Made by a program: the position numbers and the translations under genes
In this document: positions 1-13,128 of the stretch, piece after piece
Numbering within the stretch: position 1 is the stretch's first letter
Layout of the letters: each line of letters starts with the position of its first letter
DNA from: Eledone cirrhosa
Taxonomy: Eukaryota
Assembly: GCA_964016885.1 (NCBI GenBank)
Contig: OZ024740.1
Location: 406,224,001-406,288,000, forward strand
DNA: 64,000 nt
Reading direction: 5' to 3'
The notes under the pieces: generated by a model
Told to the model about the DNA's origin: nothing
The model's database searches: none
The model's input: the letters and a program-made list of their open reading frames with translations, nothing else

Positions 1-34
1 TGCAAGTAGTACTACAGCATTGTCACAAGATAAT

Positions 35-225
35 TGTTTCTACTTTTAGCACAAGGCCAGCAATTATCCCAGTGCGTTACTGGTACTTTATTTTATCGAC
101 CCTGTAAGGATGAAAGGCAAAGTTAACCTTGGTGGGATTTGAACTCAGGCCGTAAAGGGATGTAACTCTATGCTGTAAAGCATGGCGTCCGATCCTCTAC
201 CGATACTGCTACTCCACCGCTTTTA
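35..225 (-). mobile_element. tRNA-derived SINE (family A, young subfamily), full length
   Basis: Minus strand shows an A-box-like TAGCAGTATCGG, B-box GAGTTCAAATCC, core TTTGCCTTTCATCCTTACAGGGTCGATAAAATAAAGTACCAG and tail GTAGAAACAATT. Perfect 12-bp TSD TCACAAGATAAT at 23-34 and 226-237. Many homologous copies in the window. Confidence 0.9.
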
Positions 226-912
226 TCACAAGATAATGAGGAGAAAATAGAGACTGGAGAAGGGTAATAAATTGTTGGTGATAGCAAAAAAGAGAGAACC
301 ACCCACCCCACCCAAATGGAAAAAGGAAAGCCCGCAAGATCCAAGAAAGAAGTTATCCTCTCCCTGAGATGTTGTTAGATTTATGATTTTTTGAATCACC
401 AACAAAGTGTTGATTGGTCATCTGAACGACCTGATGGAAGATAGGTGGTGCAATGTACTGATTGAAGAGGGAATGGAGTTATATTTTGTAAAACTCTTAA
501 AATGATAGACTACTGGTGAAAAGCAAACCAGCAATCTATCAAGAACTACATGTGAACTACCTAGAGGATTTCTTTATGTGCATGTGTGCGTATAATTGAA
601 AGAAAACCAAGAAAATTGCTTAAGAAAAATTTGCTAGAATAAACAGTTCTTTGCTGGAGTAAAGAGTTTGGATTTTAAAAAAAACTGGTTTTCTCAATTT
701 AAATTTCAAAAGTATATTGCTTAACATAGAACAAACAGCTTTAATGTTTGTATTTGTCCAGTAGACGAGATAAAAAGTAGGTCATTGAATATAAAGCAAA
801 AGAATATGTCCATAAAACTTCTCAATGAATGGCTAGTGTTTTGTCCATTCATTCAAGAGTTAGTGAACAAAAAAGAGGCCACCAATCCCATGTTGTGGCA
901 TCATGTCCTTAC

Positions 913-1019
913 TGCATGCTATTGTATTCTGCACAATGGGAGTGAAATGTGCTACAGTGTGTAAGATAGCAACAATGAATAACAAACAGATGGATACAAC
1001 ACACAAACAGCTCAGAAGC
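913..1019 (-). CDS. candidate internal coding exon encoding a hydrophobic (TM-like) helix LLSCLCVVSICLLFIVAILHTVAHFTPIVQNTIAC
   Basis: Strong acceptor TGTTTTATTTTCCCTATCAG|G at 1020/1019 and donor GCA|GTAAGG at 913/912. Open frame is phase-compatible with the exon ending at 28531. No homology recognised. Confidence 0.35.
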
Positions 1020-1524
1020 CTGATAGGGAAAATAAAACACATGAACATGTTTCTGAGCATGTAACATGTACATGTGTATGTTTTCAATACTATTTCCTTT
1101 ATAGTTATTTAAGAGCACATTTCTAAAGCATTTACATTAGTTTCTATCTGTGTGTGTGACTGAATGAATGCATATGTGAAAAGATGTAAATACACAACAG
1201 TGCAAAGGTTTTACAGATATTTATTTTCTAATGAATCTCTATGCTGATTATCAGAGTTCTTTGTTCTTCCTCAAAAGAACCACAATCATTCCAGGTTACT
1301 AAATTCTGACATCATACTATGATCTGTGCTTAAATCGCCAATGAGATTTCATAAATGGAGGAAAATAATTGTGTGCTATGAGTATGTACTACAGTCATTA
1401 TTTGCAATCAAGTATGACTTGGTAGTATGTATCGTGATCTCACTAAGAGATTTAGGAACCCATGTAGTTGCAAGAAAACATAGAAACCCTCTTGACTTTC
1501 ACTCCCTTGATCCAGAAAAAACAG

Positions 1525-1655
1525 CTGGGAGGAGAGATGGTTGCACCAGCACTGGACTGGTACTTCTTTTTTTATCAAACCTGAAAGAATGAAAGGCAAA
1601 GTAGAACGTGGCAGGATTTGAACTTGGAATGCAGAGACCCAGAACAAATATCCAA
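1525..1655 (-). mobile_element. SINE family A, degenerate
   Basis: GACTGGTACTT...GAATGAAAGGCAAAGT...GGATTTGAAC matches the reverse complement of the family A core and B-box. Confidence 0.65.
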
Positions 1656-1699
1656 CACTAATGACTTATGAGTATGTATATATGCATTGATATCCATGT

Positions 1700-1840
1700 G
1701 TATTCTGGTTTCAGGATAGGTACACTATATTCTTGCATGTCATATGAGGCAACTAAAAGGGCAACCGTAAAACAACCACCTCAATAACTCCCAACCAGCC
1801 AACATTAGCTTGGAAAACTGGACATAAAAATAATGATGAT
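1700..1840 (+). mobile_element. old SINE fragment ending in an RTE-type tail
   Basis: TGCATGTCATATGAGGCAACTAAAAGGG resembles 29220-29250; ends in a degenerate ...GGAAAACTGGACATAAAAATAATGATGAT tail like the RTE 3' end. Confidence 0.45.
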
Positions 1841-1904
1841 ACTTATGCATATGTGCTTTGTGAGCTCATGTTAATGAAAGTCTGTCTGACCCCAAAGACT
1901 TATG

Positions 1905-2135
1905 AAGCTGGTGTTTATCCTAGTTTCATTAGTGTTAAGTGACAGAGTACTAGATTGAGAGTAAAAGACTATTCCCTGAACAGGATGCCAGTCCATTGCT
2001 GATGCTAATACTAATTTTCAGCATAGTAAAATGAAGAATTTTGCTCAAGAATACAATGAGCTGCCTGATCCAAGAATCAAATCCATGACATTAAGATAAT
2101 TAGTCCAGCATCTTAACCACTAGGGCATGTCTTCA
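1905..2135 (-). mobile_element. tRNA-derived SINE family B (CORE-like), degenerate
   Basis: Aligns by eye with 20905-21140 (GACAGAGTAC, ACAGGATGCCAGTCCAT, TTGCTCAAGAATACAA, TAACCACTAGG). Confidence 0.7.
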
Positions 2136-3569
2136 CTTGAGTTCATATATGTGTAATTATATAGCTATATGCATATCATTTGTTGTTGGTTTGTACTTTG
2201 ATTTACACAAACATTACAATTTACTGCTGAAATACTGTTTATTCTGCTTAGAGTACTACTTAATTTGTTTTAACTTTAAAAAAAACTTTAAAAAAAATTT
2301 AAATTTTAATATTTTCTTAGGCATTAATAATATCCCAAGATTTTTTTAAATGTATGGCTTAGTAAGAAGATGAAAGCAAAATGCATGTGGTAGTGTTAAA
2401 CCAGACACCACACTGATTCTAGGTTTTGTATCAATCACATTTTATCTTTTAAATATATTAAATAAAAAAATTATTACATAGCAGGAAATCAAGTTTTTTT
2501 TTTTTACTTTTAAAAAAAGCTTACATGAATAAACAAATATCAGTTTTTGAAATTTGTTTGAAAACTGAATATAATTTTCGGAGCTACTTTTACAATATAA
2601 AATGACAATCTACTTTCCAAAGACGAATCATAATGAGAGGACAATTGGTTAAATAACAACAAAAAAACTGTAACTTAAACAACATCACATAACCATTACT
2701 CAAAGATGCTATAAACCATACATTTTGGTAAAATTTGCAAATGGGGTTACACATTGAAACTAACTACAATATAACTAATTATGCCAATTAGTTTGGACAT
2801 CTCAGAACCACCAAAACTTTCATTACTGTCAAATTTCTGGCAGATAATTATGCTAAAACATAACTAACCAGGATCATCAATATCATGATCACTACTATAT
2901 TTAGTTTATTAGCAGATTTCCATTCACCTGATCAGCAAAGCAATCAGCTTAAACTTCATTTTACTGATCATGCTTGCTATCTGTTTTATTTCCATTTGCT
3001 TCAAGCTATTTTTCAGTTTCTATAGACTAAAAAGGTATCTATCTCTAGTCATTCTTATGTAGCCACCCTTTAAAAGTTTATCAGTTTTTTATCTTGTGAT
3101 AACAGCAGAAAAAATGATTTTCCTCTTGTAACTCAAAAGACTAGAGTAACACAAAAATCTAAAGATTCTGAAATAAACTTCATAGTTTAGACTACTATTA
3201 GATTATAGCTATTCTAAACTATTTTCTGTCATTGGGGAACACTTATGCACTCTAAACAAATTGATGAACATATTTATTTCTTTTTCTTGCTGGAAAAGAT
3301 AAAATCAGTAAAAGATAAAACTTGCAACCCATATCTAGTTAAATGAACCTTGCTTAAGAAGATTATCTTATTCCCTAAAGTAATGCTTGCTTAAATCAAG
3401 ATGGCAAAATATCGGTGCCATTTACTTTTGATGAGAAAGGCATAGCTGTAATGAATCCTTTACTTCTAATACACATGTATATGTTTGAAGTTTTAGAAGC
3501 ATGCAACCCTATTTTGCATAGGAAAAAAAACGTTACAAAGAAATTGTCTTAACAATGAAACTAAATGAA

Positions 3570-3812
3570 AATGAAAACAAAATGCTTCAATGGATGTGTG
3601 ATGTACATGAATGGCAAAACAGGAATGAGCTGAGAGAGAAACTAAGTATAAAAAGAAAACCCGGGCAGAAATGATGAGAGCAAATCTCAAAAAGCTGCAT
3701 CTCACAAAAGAGATGACAAAGAAACAGAATGTGCAGAGGGAGGCTGTGCTGGAAAAGATCCATCCAATGCATGCAAGCATGGAAAAATGTAAAAAAAGAT
3801 AATGATAATGTA
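3570..3812 (+). mobile_element. old RTE LINE 3' relic
   Basis: Remnants of MLQWMC and ELREKL coding, then LHLTKEMT, hairpin CAATGCATGCAAGCATGG and a degenerate (GAT)n tail as in the younger RTE copies. Confidence 0.7.
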
Positions 3813-4519
3813 GTGTGCTGAAAACAACTTGACTCTCATAAGACAACACTTTCATTATTATATTTCTAATTATATACATTGCATTTCATTTAATTAATGA
3901 AGAATTTGGAGAGATTTAGTAAATAATTAATTATTTCATTATTAAGGTGGTATTTATAACAGAACAAAAGGTTCTTACTGAAAATTATGTTGGTTGGTTT
4001 TAATTTAAATAGTAACTCTTTAAAATGAGTGGTTTGGTTTCAGAGAACCAGAGGTGGTGGTTTCAGGTAGGTTGGTATCAAAAGAGTTGAAGAGTTCATT
4101 GTAAAGTAAAATATTAAGGAATATTTTTGTATCCATATTAACAAATGATGTTGAACAGGTCCACAGTTTCAAGTTGCTAGATAGCCACATCACAAACAAT
4201 CATCTCTCAGGGCTTTGCAACACTGATGCTCTGATGAAAGCTTAGCTGTGTCTTTACCTCATCAGGATTGTAAGGGCAATAAAACTTACCTCTTGGATAC
4301 TTATATACTTTTACTAGTGCATAATTTCAAAAGTGGAAAAGAAGACAAAGGAAATCACAGGAAGAAGTGGTGAAGGGTAATGTAAAAATGATGATGGAAA
4401 CAATAGTTATAGTAGGGAGATACATTGATAGACAAGATGAGTGATAGATAAGATAGTAATGAAGGGAGTGTGATATCATCATCATCATTATATAAACATA
4501 ATGGTCAGGGGAGACAGGG

Positions 4520-4738
4520 TTAATCCTTTAGTATTTATATTTACTATTGTATTTTTACAGTAACCACTTTATTTCACATAATTATCTCACATAATATTGA
4601 ATCTACGAGATTTTGATATTATTTACTTTGAGAACAATACCTTAACACAAGTATGAGCAGCTGGTTTTGACCAGTTTGAACAGAAAGAGGTGAGATAATT
4701 CTGGTCGGATATGGCTGGTTTAAATGCTAAAGGGTTAA
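4520..4738. mobile_element. MITE family P1 (piggyBac-type, TTAA target)
   Basis: TTAA-TCCTTTAGTATTTA...TAAATGCTAAAGGG-TTAA termini; about 220 bp; four homologous copies in the window. Confidence 0.85.
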
Positions 4739-5795
4739 TTATTCAAGTTATTTAACTGTGGCCAAATTTACAGGCACGGTGAATCTATAATAGTTTCAAC
4801 AAGAAATAAGTTAGTGTATTCAACTTGCCAAGAGAATACCAACACTCAATGGTACTCATACTGTCATATCTCTTAACATCTCATAATGATTTAGCAGAAA
4901 ATATCTAAAATTGAGATTAATAATTCAGATATTTATAGTATATTTACTAGTGGACAGATTCTTGAAAAACATTTGCAGTAAACAAAAGTAGAGACTTTAA
5001 TTTTCTATTTGATGTAATCATAGTACAGTTTTGTAATTTTCAAGACTATCTTGCTTATGTGGTTACATGCAGTACAATACATTAATAAAGTAATATAAAA
5101 ATTTATGGCCTAGTGGTAATATACCATTGACCACTAGGCTATAAGTTCAAATCTTTCTACAGCCATTTTGTTGTGGCCCCAAATAAGGCAAATAACTCTC
5201 TTTATGCAGATCGCCTAATCAAACAAAAGAGTGTTTCGTTCCAACTTCAGGGTTCTGTGATTTGTAGTAGGAAGAGCATCAAAATGACAAAACACTGGTT
5301 CTACCAAAGTAACCAGCATATTCAGGCAGTACAGTATGTTAAGAGATAAAGTTATATTTAGCCAAAATTCACAACACCACCCAAGGGAAATTCCTTCTTT
5401 CTATATTTTCATAAACATTGCTCTCAAATTAAAATGTTTTTTTGTTTTTTTTTCTAACAGGATATACATTTTTTTCTTCACTTGTTGAATTATAGATGAA
5501 GCAAACTTACTAATTGCTTATTAGTTAAAACATATTATTCATGTCTATCACCAAACTAGTTTTTACTAGTAGTATGCCAAAGACAGTTCAGTAAATTTGT
5601 TTGCAGACAACTGTAAACATTTCCCCTAAAATGTCATTAATAAAAATAATAATGTACAGATGACTTTGGTAGTTTTATAAATTAATACATTACTGAAAAC
5701 TTAAGCTAATTACTACCATATTGGAATGGGGATAATTAAGTTAATACCAGATGTGATACATCCAGGCACTGCATGGCATTGAGTTTACCTTCAAT

Positions 5796-6011
5796 TTAAC
5801 CCATTAGCATTTACATTAGTCTATGTATACCATTGTATTTTCACAGCAAAGACTTTATCTTACATAATTATCTCACATAATATCGAATCTATGAGATTTT
5901 GATATTTATTTTGAGAACAATACCTTAACATCAGTATGAGTGGCCAGTTTGGACAGGAAGAGGTGAGAGAATTCTGGATGGATACGGCTGGTTTAAATGC
6001 TAAAGGATTAA
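5796..6011. mobile_element. MITE family P1
   Basis: TTAA-CCCATTAGCATTTA...TAAATGCTAAAGGA-TTAA; internal sequence matches 4520-4738. Confidence 0.85.
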
Positions 6012-6108
6012 GGGAGAAAATGTCACAGCTTACATTACATTAATACAGATTATTCCTTTAGACAAGCTCATTTCTTCAGCAATAGCAGGAGAAGAATGTA
6101 GGATGGGG

Positions 6109-6109
<1 letters not shown>

Positions 6110-6140
<31 letters not shown>
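6110..6140. repeat. (GA)n microsatellite
   Basis: Directly visible. Confidence 0.95.
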
Positions 6141-6145
<5 letters not shown>

Positions 6146-6169
6146 GAAGAGGAGCAAGCGAGAGGGTAA

Positions 6170-6325
6170 CAAAGTGATATAGAGGACTGGTACTTTATTT
6201 ATTGACTTCAAAAGAATAAAAGGTAAAACAGAACTCTATGGGATTTGAACTCAGAGTACAAAGAGCCAGAATGAATACTGCTAAGTATTCTATCCGACGT
6301 TCTAATGAATCTACCAATTCACAGA
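6170..6325 (-). mobile_element. SINE family A, degenerate
   Basis: GACTGGTACTTTATTTATTGAC...GGGATTTGAACTCAGA matches core and B-box on the minus strand. Confidence 0.75.
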
Positions 6326-6753
6326 CTCCCTTTAACCTTACTAACAGTCAAATGAATAACTTACAAAGAAAGTTGTTGAGCCAAAAATCAATGTTTTCTG
6401 ATAATCTCATGCTCTAAAAACTCTGAATATGCTATTAAAAATTTGTGGAGCAGGAGCAAATAACAATTGTTTGCATTTGAAAGACAGTGGCAATGTTTTC
6501 ATATCTAGTCCAATGCTGTCCTCATCTATGTTTATTTCATGTGTGCTTTTGTTGTTTTTGTTCTTTGTAAAAATAGAAGATAACAGGACACTGAGGGCTT
6601 AATACTCCCTGTAACTACAACTGTACACACATACATATACACATTTGCATGATTTTTCCAAAATTGTTCATAATGATGAGAGTTGGGGAGAGCAGGAGAG
6701 ACAGAGGTAGCGACAGTGGGAGTTTGGTTCCTTTGTGTTCGGACCTGGTGTAT

Positions 6754-8225
6754 ATCATCATCATCATCACCGTTTTACATCCGTTCTTCCATGCTAGCAT
6801 GGGTTAGATGGGTTGTTTTGTCGTGAGCAGTGTCCAGTCGGCTGACCTTGTCTTGCTCATACGGGAACTGTTTTTGGCTTGATTTCTACAGCTGGATGCC
6901 CTTCCTAACACCAACCTCATTTACAGTGAGTGCTGGGTGCTTTTTTTCCGTGGCGCCTACACGTCCACTTTACAGTGTGGGCTGGGTGTTTTTTGCCGTG
7001 GTACCTCCACGACCACTTTGAGTGGGAGGGTGTGGGGGCATATTGTCTATATGTTTCAACTTCGGCTTGTACCCAAGAGGGGTCGGGTCTTCTGTATTAC
7101 TGCGTGACGTCAGAGGTCACGGTCGTGTGTCATTGCCTTTGAGAGGTGTAATTGGGTAAGGTCGGCTTTTATCACCTCATCCCAAGTCTTCACCTACTCC
7201 GCGGTTTCCATCGACTTCTAGTGCTCTGCACCTTTTTATGCAGCTGTCATACTTCATACGCATCACATGTCCATACCAACGCAACTGCTTCTCCTGCACA
7301 CAGCATTTGATTCCTCTTATGCTCAGTCTCTCTCTCAATTCATTTATTGCCGTTCGCATATATTACTATTACACATCCATCGGAGCATGCAGGCTTCGTT
7401 TCCTTCTAATCTACGTAAGTCTTCCACCTTCAGCGCCCAGGTCTCACTACCATGTAACATTGCTGTTCGGATACATGCATCATACAGTCTGCCTTTCATT
7501 TTGATGGAGAAGCCTTTTGCAGCTAGCAGTGGCAGTAGTTCCCTGAACTTCTTCGATCCCGTTCTTACCCTAGTTATTGTACTTTCTGAATACCCACCTC
7601 CGCTGCTAATTCGATCACCTAGGTAGAAGAAAATGTCTACTGTTTCTACAGAGCCCTCCCAGAGTTTGGTGGTACTTGTGAAGCCTACATTCTTAATTAA
7701 GCTTCCTGAGATCCCGCTACATCTCTTGTGTACCCATTGTTGCTTTTGGGGCAGAGAATGGAGTTCCTACCTACACCTTTCCTACATACTGAGCAAGGCC
7801 ATTTCCCTGAGGGGATCTGGGTTCTGTTTTCTCGTCTACTTACAAGGACCTTAGTCTTTGTCAGGTTGACTTTGAAACCCTTTCTTTCTAGTCCCTGCTT
7901 CCAAGTTTGGAATTTCTTCTCTAGTTTTACCATAGATTCAGCTATAAGTGCAAGGTCATCTGCATACAGGAGTTCCCATGGGCATCCGGTCTTAAACTCC
8001 TCCGTTATTGCCTGCAGGACTATGATGAACAGGAGAGGGTTAAGAACAGAGCCCTGGTGGACACTGACCTGTACGCTAAATTCCTCGCTATACTCATTGC
8101 TAACTTTGCTGACTGTTCCCCTATAGTTAGCTTGTGCAGCTTTCACAAGCCATTCATCTACTCCTAGTTTTCTAAGAGCCCACCAGATTATAGCACGGGG
8201 AACTCTGTCAAAGGCTTTCTCAAAA
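6754..8225 (-). mobile_element. RTE-clade LINE, subfamily A, 5'-truncated and degenerate
   Basis: RT motifs VHQGSVLNPLLF and ELLYADDLAL, LRWYGHVMR, 3'UTR and (GAT)n tail at 6754-6770. Near-identical to 14920-16444 with deletions. Confidence 0.95.
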
Positions 8226-9542
8226 TTGATGATGGGGAGAATTTTTTTTTATTACATGTTTATTTACCACACCACACACACTACAACTGTGCAACAGAGT
8301 ACTTCATTAATGCATTTAATAAAAAAACATCATCATCATCATTATTTTACCTCTCCTCTCCATGCTGGCATGGATTGGATAGATCTTCACAGTCAGAGTC
8401 AGCTCTTATTTAGCTTCATCCACTGTAAGTGCTCAGCATATCATTTATGTAATTTTACTTAAAGTGCAATGATGAAGAAGATATCTTATCTTCAGGGGAA
8501 AATCATATTTAATTATTGAAACAAAGAAACAAAATCTAAAAGCCACAGGTGGATACAAAGTTGCTACTTAACTTTAGATTCAGAAACATTAATTATATAA
8601 GAGCAGAATATTTTCCTCAATAGAAATTGATGCCAATTTATTGTAAGGATTGCCAGGAAATTTTGTACTCATTCATGTATTCTTTTCTATGCTCAAAATT
8701 CTACACAACATACATGAAAGCAACATAGGCTTTTTATTATTTTAGTTAAATATCACTTTAATGGTAATTTGCTAGAGGAAGCCAAATTACATATAAAGTC
8801 GTTCTGATTAATTGTTAGGTCTCAGCTTGATATCCTCTAGACAATCTACAAAAATTGTAACATTCAACTAAAAGAAATGTGTACAGAAATTGTATTTTTT
8901 TCCTTTATTTTTGCTTTCAATTATCTGTGAGAGATGATAAGTGTCAAAATAAGTGAGAAGCTATTAGACAACCAAGTGTACATATAAACTGGTTTCAATT
9001 CCCAGTAGAAATCCTTTCACTTCACTTATACCACAAATGCATTTAAGAATGGAATGAACATCTTATTAACACTGAATATTCAAAATATTCTAAGTCAAAA
9101 GAAATAATTTATCAGAGGTTGATGCAACCTGTAACATAGGTTTATAACCCCCCCCCCCCCCCCAAAAAAAAAGAACTAATAAGTATCTTAAATTTGTTGA
9201 AACTGTTTTGTTTGTTGTGTAATTAACTTTCTATGTAATTTTCAAAATTACTTTAACTTGTCAGACTGCCTCCCACATGTTTGCAAACTTGATTAGGACA
9301 GCATACAATAAAGATTTCCTGTCTGCTTAGATCAATGAAGACTTAAGAGGAGATGTGTGGCTGCTTAAAGTAAACTACTTCTTGGCAACAGCAGGACATT
9401 TACTTCTTTAAATCTTTCTACTCTCACCAATCATGCACTGAATGACATTGAGAAAGATAAAATAACCATTTGTTTTCTTTGTCTACAGATCAAATAAATA
9501 GAAGAATCAACCAAATTTTTAATTGTTAATATATTTATCTAT

Positions 9543-10016
9543 TTAACCATTTTGATACCAAACTACCCTTGGATTTATGATGCGAATGTGCTCATTTAAA
9601 AATATTTATACTTATATTAAATCCTTTCATCATAATTTAATTTAACCCTTCAGTATTTCCATTACTTTGTATTTACTATTGTATTTTCACAGTAAAGACT
9701 TTATCTTACAAAATTATGTCACATGTCGAATCTATGAGATTGTTATATTAATTATTTTGAGAACAATACCTTAACGTTGATACGAGGGGCTGGTTGTGGC
9801 CGGTTTGAACAGAAAGAGGTAGGATAATTCTGGACGGATATGGCTGGTTTAAATGCTAAAGGGTTAAGAAACTTTTGTTATGTAATGTTTTAAATGTCGG
9901 TTTAATAAGGAAAGAGTTATTTTATTAAATTCCTTCAAATATTTGATTATTTTAAAAAATTAAATGAAAAACATAGGCAGTATATTTTATTAGAAATATG
10001 GCATTGAAAGGGTTAA
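9543..10016. mobile_element. MITE family P2 (TTAA target) interrupted by a P1 MITE
   Basis: TTAA-CCATTTTGATACCA...TGGCATTGAAAGGG-TTAA; body matches 25885-26133 once 9642-9867 is removed. Confidence 0.8.
9642..9867. mobile_element. MITE family P1, nested
   Basis: TTAA-CCCTTCAGTATTT...TAAATGCTAAAGGG-TTAA. Confidence 0.85.
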
Positions 10017-10174
10017 TATGTACATAAAAAATAATTTAGCACAGACTATTATATAAAAGCCATAGAGCTAAAAGGGATCTCCAAGGAAATAATGCTATTC
10101 TGCCATTTTATGGTATGAAGCAAAAAATATAATTCCCCCTTGAATCAGATGTTTGTCTATCACAAATAATGTTG

Positions 10175-10380
10175 ATTTCCATTAAGCATACGGCCAACAT
10201 ATTTGGGGGAAAGGCAAACTTGATTAAATCAACCCCAATATTTGACTGGTATTTTATTATATTGATCCTAGAAGAATGAAAGGCAAAGTTGACTTCAGCA
10301 GGATTTGAATGTAAAGATCTAAAACAAATAACACTATGGCATTTTATCTGATACAACTAATTCTGCCAATCCACTACCCA
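10175..10380 (-). mobile_element. SINE family A
   Basis: Core GAATGAAAGGCAAAGTTGAC, B-box GGATTTGAA, head TTCTGCCAATCCACTACC (all reverse complement). Confidence 0.8.
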
Positions 10381-10734
10381 TCAGTAATATTCCACATTGA
10401 TCTCACCTATTTCCAATAACTAGATGACCTGAAGCATCTTGGAACAGAAACCACTGTAAAATGTCAGTAGCAGATTTAAACTAATACCCCAAGAGAAAAT
10501 AGTTTCACAGTTTATCTACATTTAGCTATTTAATAGAAAGTTTAAAATGTCACACACATACAAACATGTCTGTTTGATATATAGTTAATACTACTTTCTT
10601 TAATTCATTCATTGTTCCTCAAGTAGAAGCCATCTTCTTCTAACAGGAAGATTTTTAAAGAAATAAAAGCAAAACACAAAAACATATATACACATATAAG
10701 TATGTCTTAGAAATGGAGCCAACAAGAGAGCCTA

Positions 10735-10940
10735 TCAGAAGTAGCTTGTCCTCTTATAAATAGAAGCCACAACTCCCTCAAATCTCACTGACCAGTCTTA
10801 AAAAACAGGAAAGGAAAGATATTGGATATTGAAAAAAAAAAAAAAGAATGATGGTGTGGTCATATAGTCATGGTTGGAATATCCTTGATCACAAGTAGGT
10901 TTGGTGAGGAGTGATTAGGAGTGATTAGGAGCTAAACAAT
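10735..10940 (+). repeat. unclassified interspersed repeat (SINE-like 3' part)
   Basis: GTTGGAATATCCTTGATCA...GCTAAACA resembles 56890-56952; partial similarity at 40150-40220. Confidence 0.5.
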
Positions 10941-11149
10941 ATTTTAGAAGTAATATGGGATAATAGGTTTGCTCCCTTCTGAACCCTCTTTGGGGTCTGA
11001 AGATATACAATCTTTGTGTGTTCATCCCATGCTTTCCAGGGCAGGTTGTAGGCCCATCGCCAGTTTTTACAGTATGAAATGAAGACTGCAACATATTTTT
11101 CAAACAGGCCCCTCTACCCAAGGAATGAACGTGTCCCTTAATCTCTGAT

Positions 11150-11805
11150 TTGCACTTGATAAGTTTGATGCTGAGTGCTGCATGGCTGAAGTAAAATGAA
11201 TGCTACAAAAACTGAGACACTCGTCTTCTCAAGAAAACCTGTGCAGTACACTCTACATGTGAGTGGATTTCCATTAGAGCAGGTGGAGTAGTTCAAGTAT
11301 CTCGGGACCATGTTCACGAGTGATGAAAGGCAGGAGGCTGAATTAAGTGCAAGAATTGCAGGAGCTGGTGCAGTAATGAGCCAGCTTCAGCATAGTAATC
11401 AGAAGAAAGGAGGTAGGTGTAAAAGCCAAACTCGCTATCTTCAATTGGTATTTGGGAACCTTTACTTATAGTCATGAATTTTGGGTAATGACAGAAAGAA
11501 TACAACCGTGAATACAAGCAGCTCGAAGATCAGGTAGAGCCACAACTACTCTGAATTGAGAGATCACAGCTTCAATACTATGAATGTCTTAGGAAAGAAT
11601 TATTGGACAGATTTTATGGGCAAAACCAACCAGCAAGGAAACCCAGAGCAAGATGGTTGGATAACATCCATGAGCATGGCTGGTCTCACTTGGGGATCCA
11701 GCCAGATCAGTTGGAGATGACTTCTCCTGATAGGACCCGCTAGAAGGAGTGTTTGAGGACTCTGTCCCCTCGACTCTCTCAAGAATAAGTGGACGGAGAA
11801 GAAGA
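11150..11805 (+). mobile_element. old RTE LINE relic (Expander/Rex3-like) 3' part
   Basis: Translates with stops to QVE*FKYLGTMFTSDE and TYSHEFWVMTERIQP*IQAA, matching recalled Expander-type RTE motifs. Confidence 0.8.
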
Positions 11806-12667
11806 TATGGGATAATATGGAGGAACAAATACAAAATACTGATTTGAAAGATGTCATTCATGCAAAGGTATGGAAATTGAATGTAGTCAATAAAATAGTA
11901 GTAAATTACTTAAAAGGAACCTACATACGGAGTGTATTGAAACAATATACAAGACACTAACTAAATCTTCTGATATCCTTGTCAGAAACCATGCTGCTAA
12001 AATATCACAAGGAGATGTAGCAACATAAACAGGATACAGGCAAAAATTAAGAGCCAGAGTGAGCCTGTAACTTCAAAAACAACATCATGCAGTTGTAGGA
12101 ACATTTCACAGGCTCTTGATGTTATCAAAACATCAGTAATAAATCAAACAGAAATTAGTAAAAAAATTATGGAGACACAAACATTGACATTTTTAGCTAT
12201 TATACTACATAAACTGAAATAAATACTTATAGCTACAACTGAAAGACTAAAATACCAATCAACATATTTTAAACACAAAATGTTGAATAGACTTAATACA
12301 GTCAAGTCCGCTTAAGAGTATATCGGATAAGAGTATAGGCCACTTAAGAGTATAGCATAATCAATTCCCGAATTTATGTACTATGTTTTGTACAGTGCAT
12401 GAGTCTGCTTAAGAGTGTATTGGATAAGAGTATAGTTCGCATAAGAGTATAGCATAATCAATTCCCGTTTATATATTTTCTATATAATTTAGTCTGTATA
12501 AGAGTATAATGAATACGGTAAAGTAAATTGGGCTTATAATGTAACATAACCATTTTAAAACAATTCGAAATGAAATGCGATGATGCCATTTATACAACCA
12601 TTCTAAAAGCAATTTTAAGTTTAATATATATGCAAATACAAAAATAATAATTCATTGTGTCATAAAA

Positions 12668-12968
12668 ATGTCTTTGAAACGCTCTGCTTTATCCATTACT
12701 CAAAAAATATCAATTACTCAAAGGTTAGTATGTATTATTTTTATATTTATAATATGAATGTGCATAGGTACCTAACATAACTTTAATCATTTATTAATAT
12801 TTTAGATCTCTGGAAAAGAAGGAATAAACGCTTTGTTGACTGTACAGTCCTATATGATGCAATCGTTTGGAAATTTTGAAAATTATACTCCGTCTGAGAT
12901 CGAAGGAATTGATTGAAAAAAAATTTGCGAGCAATCGAGTGCAAAAAAGCATTTTGGATTATTTTTAG
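12668..12968 (+). pseudogene. internally deleted pogo-like transposase remnant (HTH N-terminus, intron, C-terminal PIP box)
   Basis: MSLKRSALSITQKISITQR at 12668, ISGKEGINALLTVQSYMMQ at 12806, and in another frame KFASNRVQKSILDYF* ending 12968; AATAAA at 12971. Confidence 0.75.
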
Positions 12969-13128
12969 GAAATAAAAATTGCATACCAATATGTTGAAAT
13001 ATTGCTTAATTTATCTATAATTTGCAATAATTCTTGTTGAATTTTTTGGTGTAACTTTCATTTTTTTTTTTACTTATAAATGCATTTTAAATGATAATAA
13101 AGCGATTTTTAATCATTGAAAGACTCAA

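Noticed and set aside
150-225. tRNA genes at A/B-box motifs
   Set aside because: No cloverleaf; every case continues into a SINE core and tail.
4225-4270. Hammerhead at CTGATGA...TCATCAG
   Set aside because: No GAAA-stem III-NUH at a workable distance on either strand.
4291-4314. Minus-strand microexon with a GAG|GTAAGT donor
   Set aside because: It gives an immediate stop in the frame required by the 28531 exon, and the acceptor is weak.
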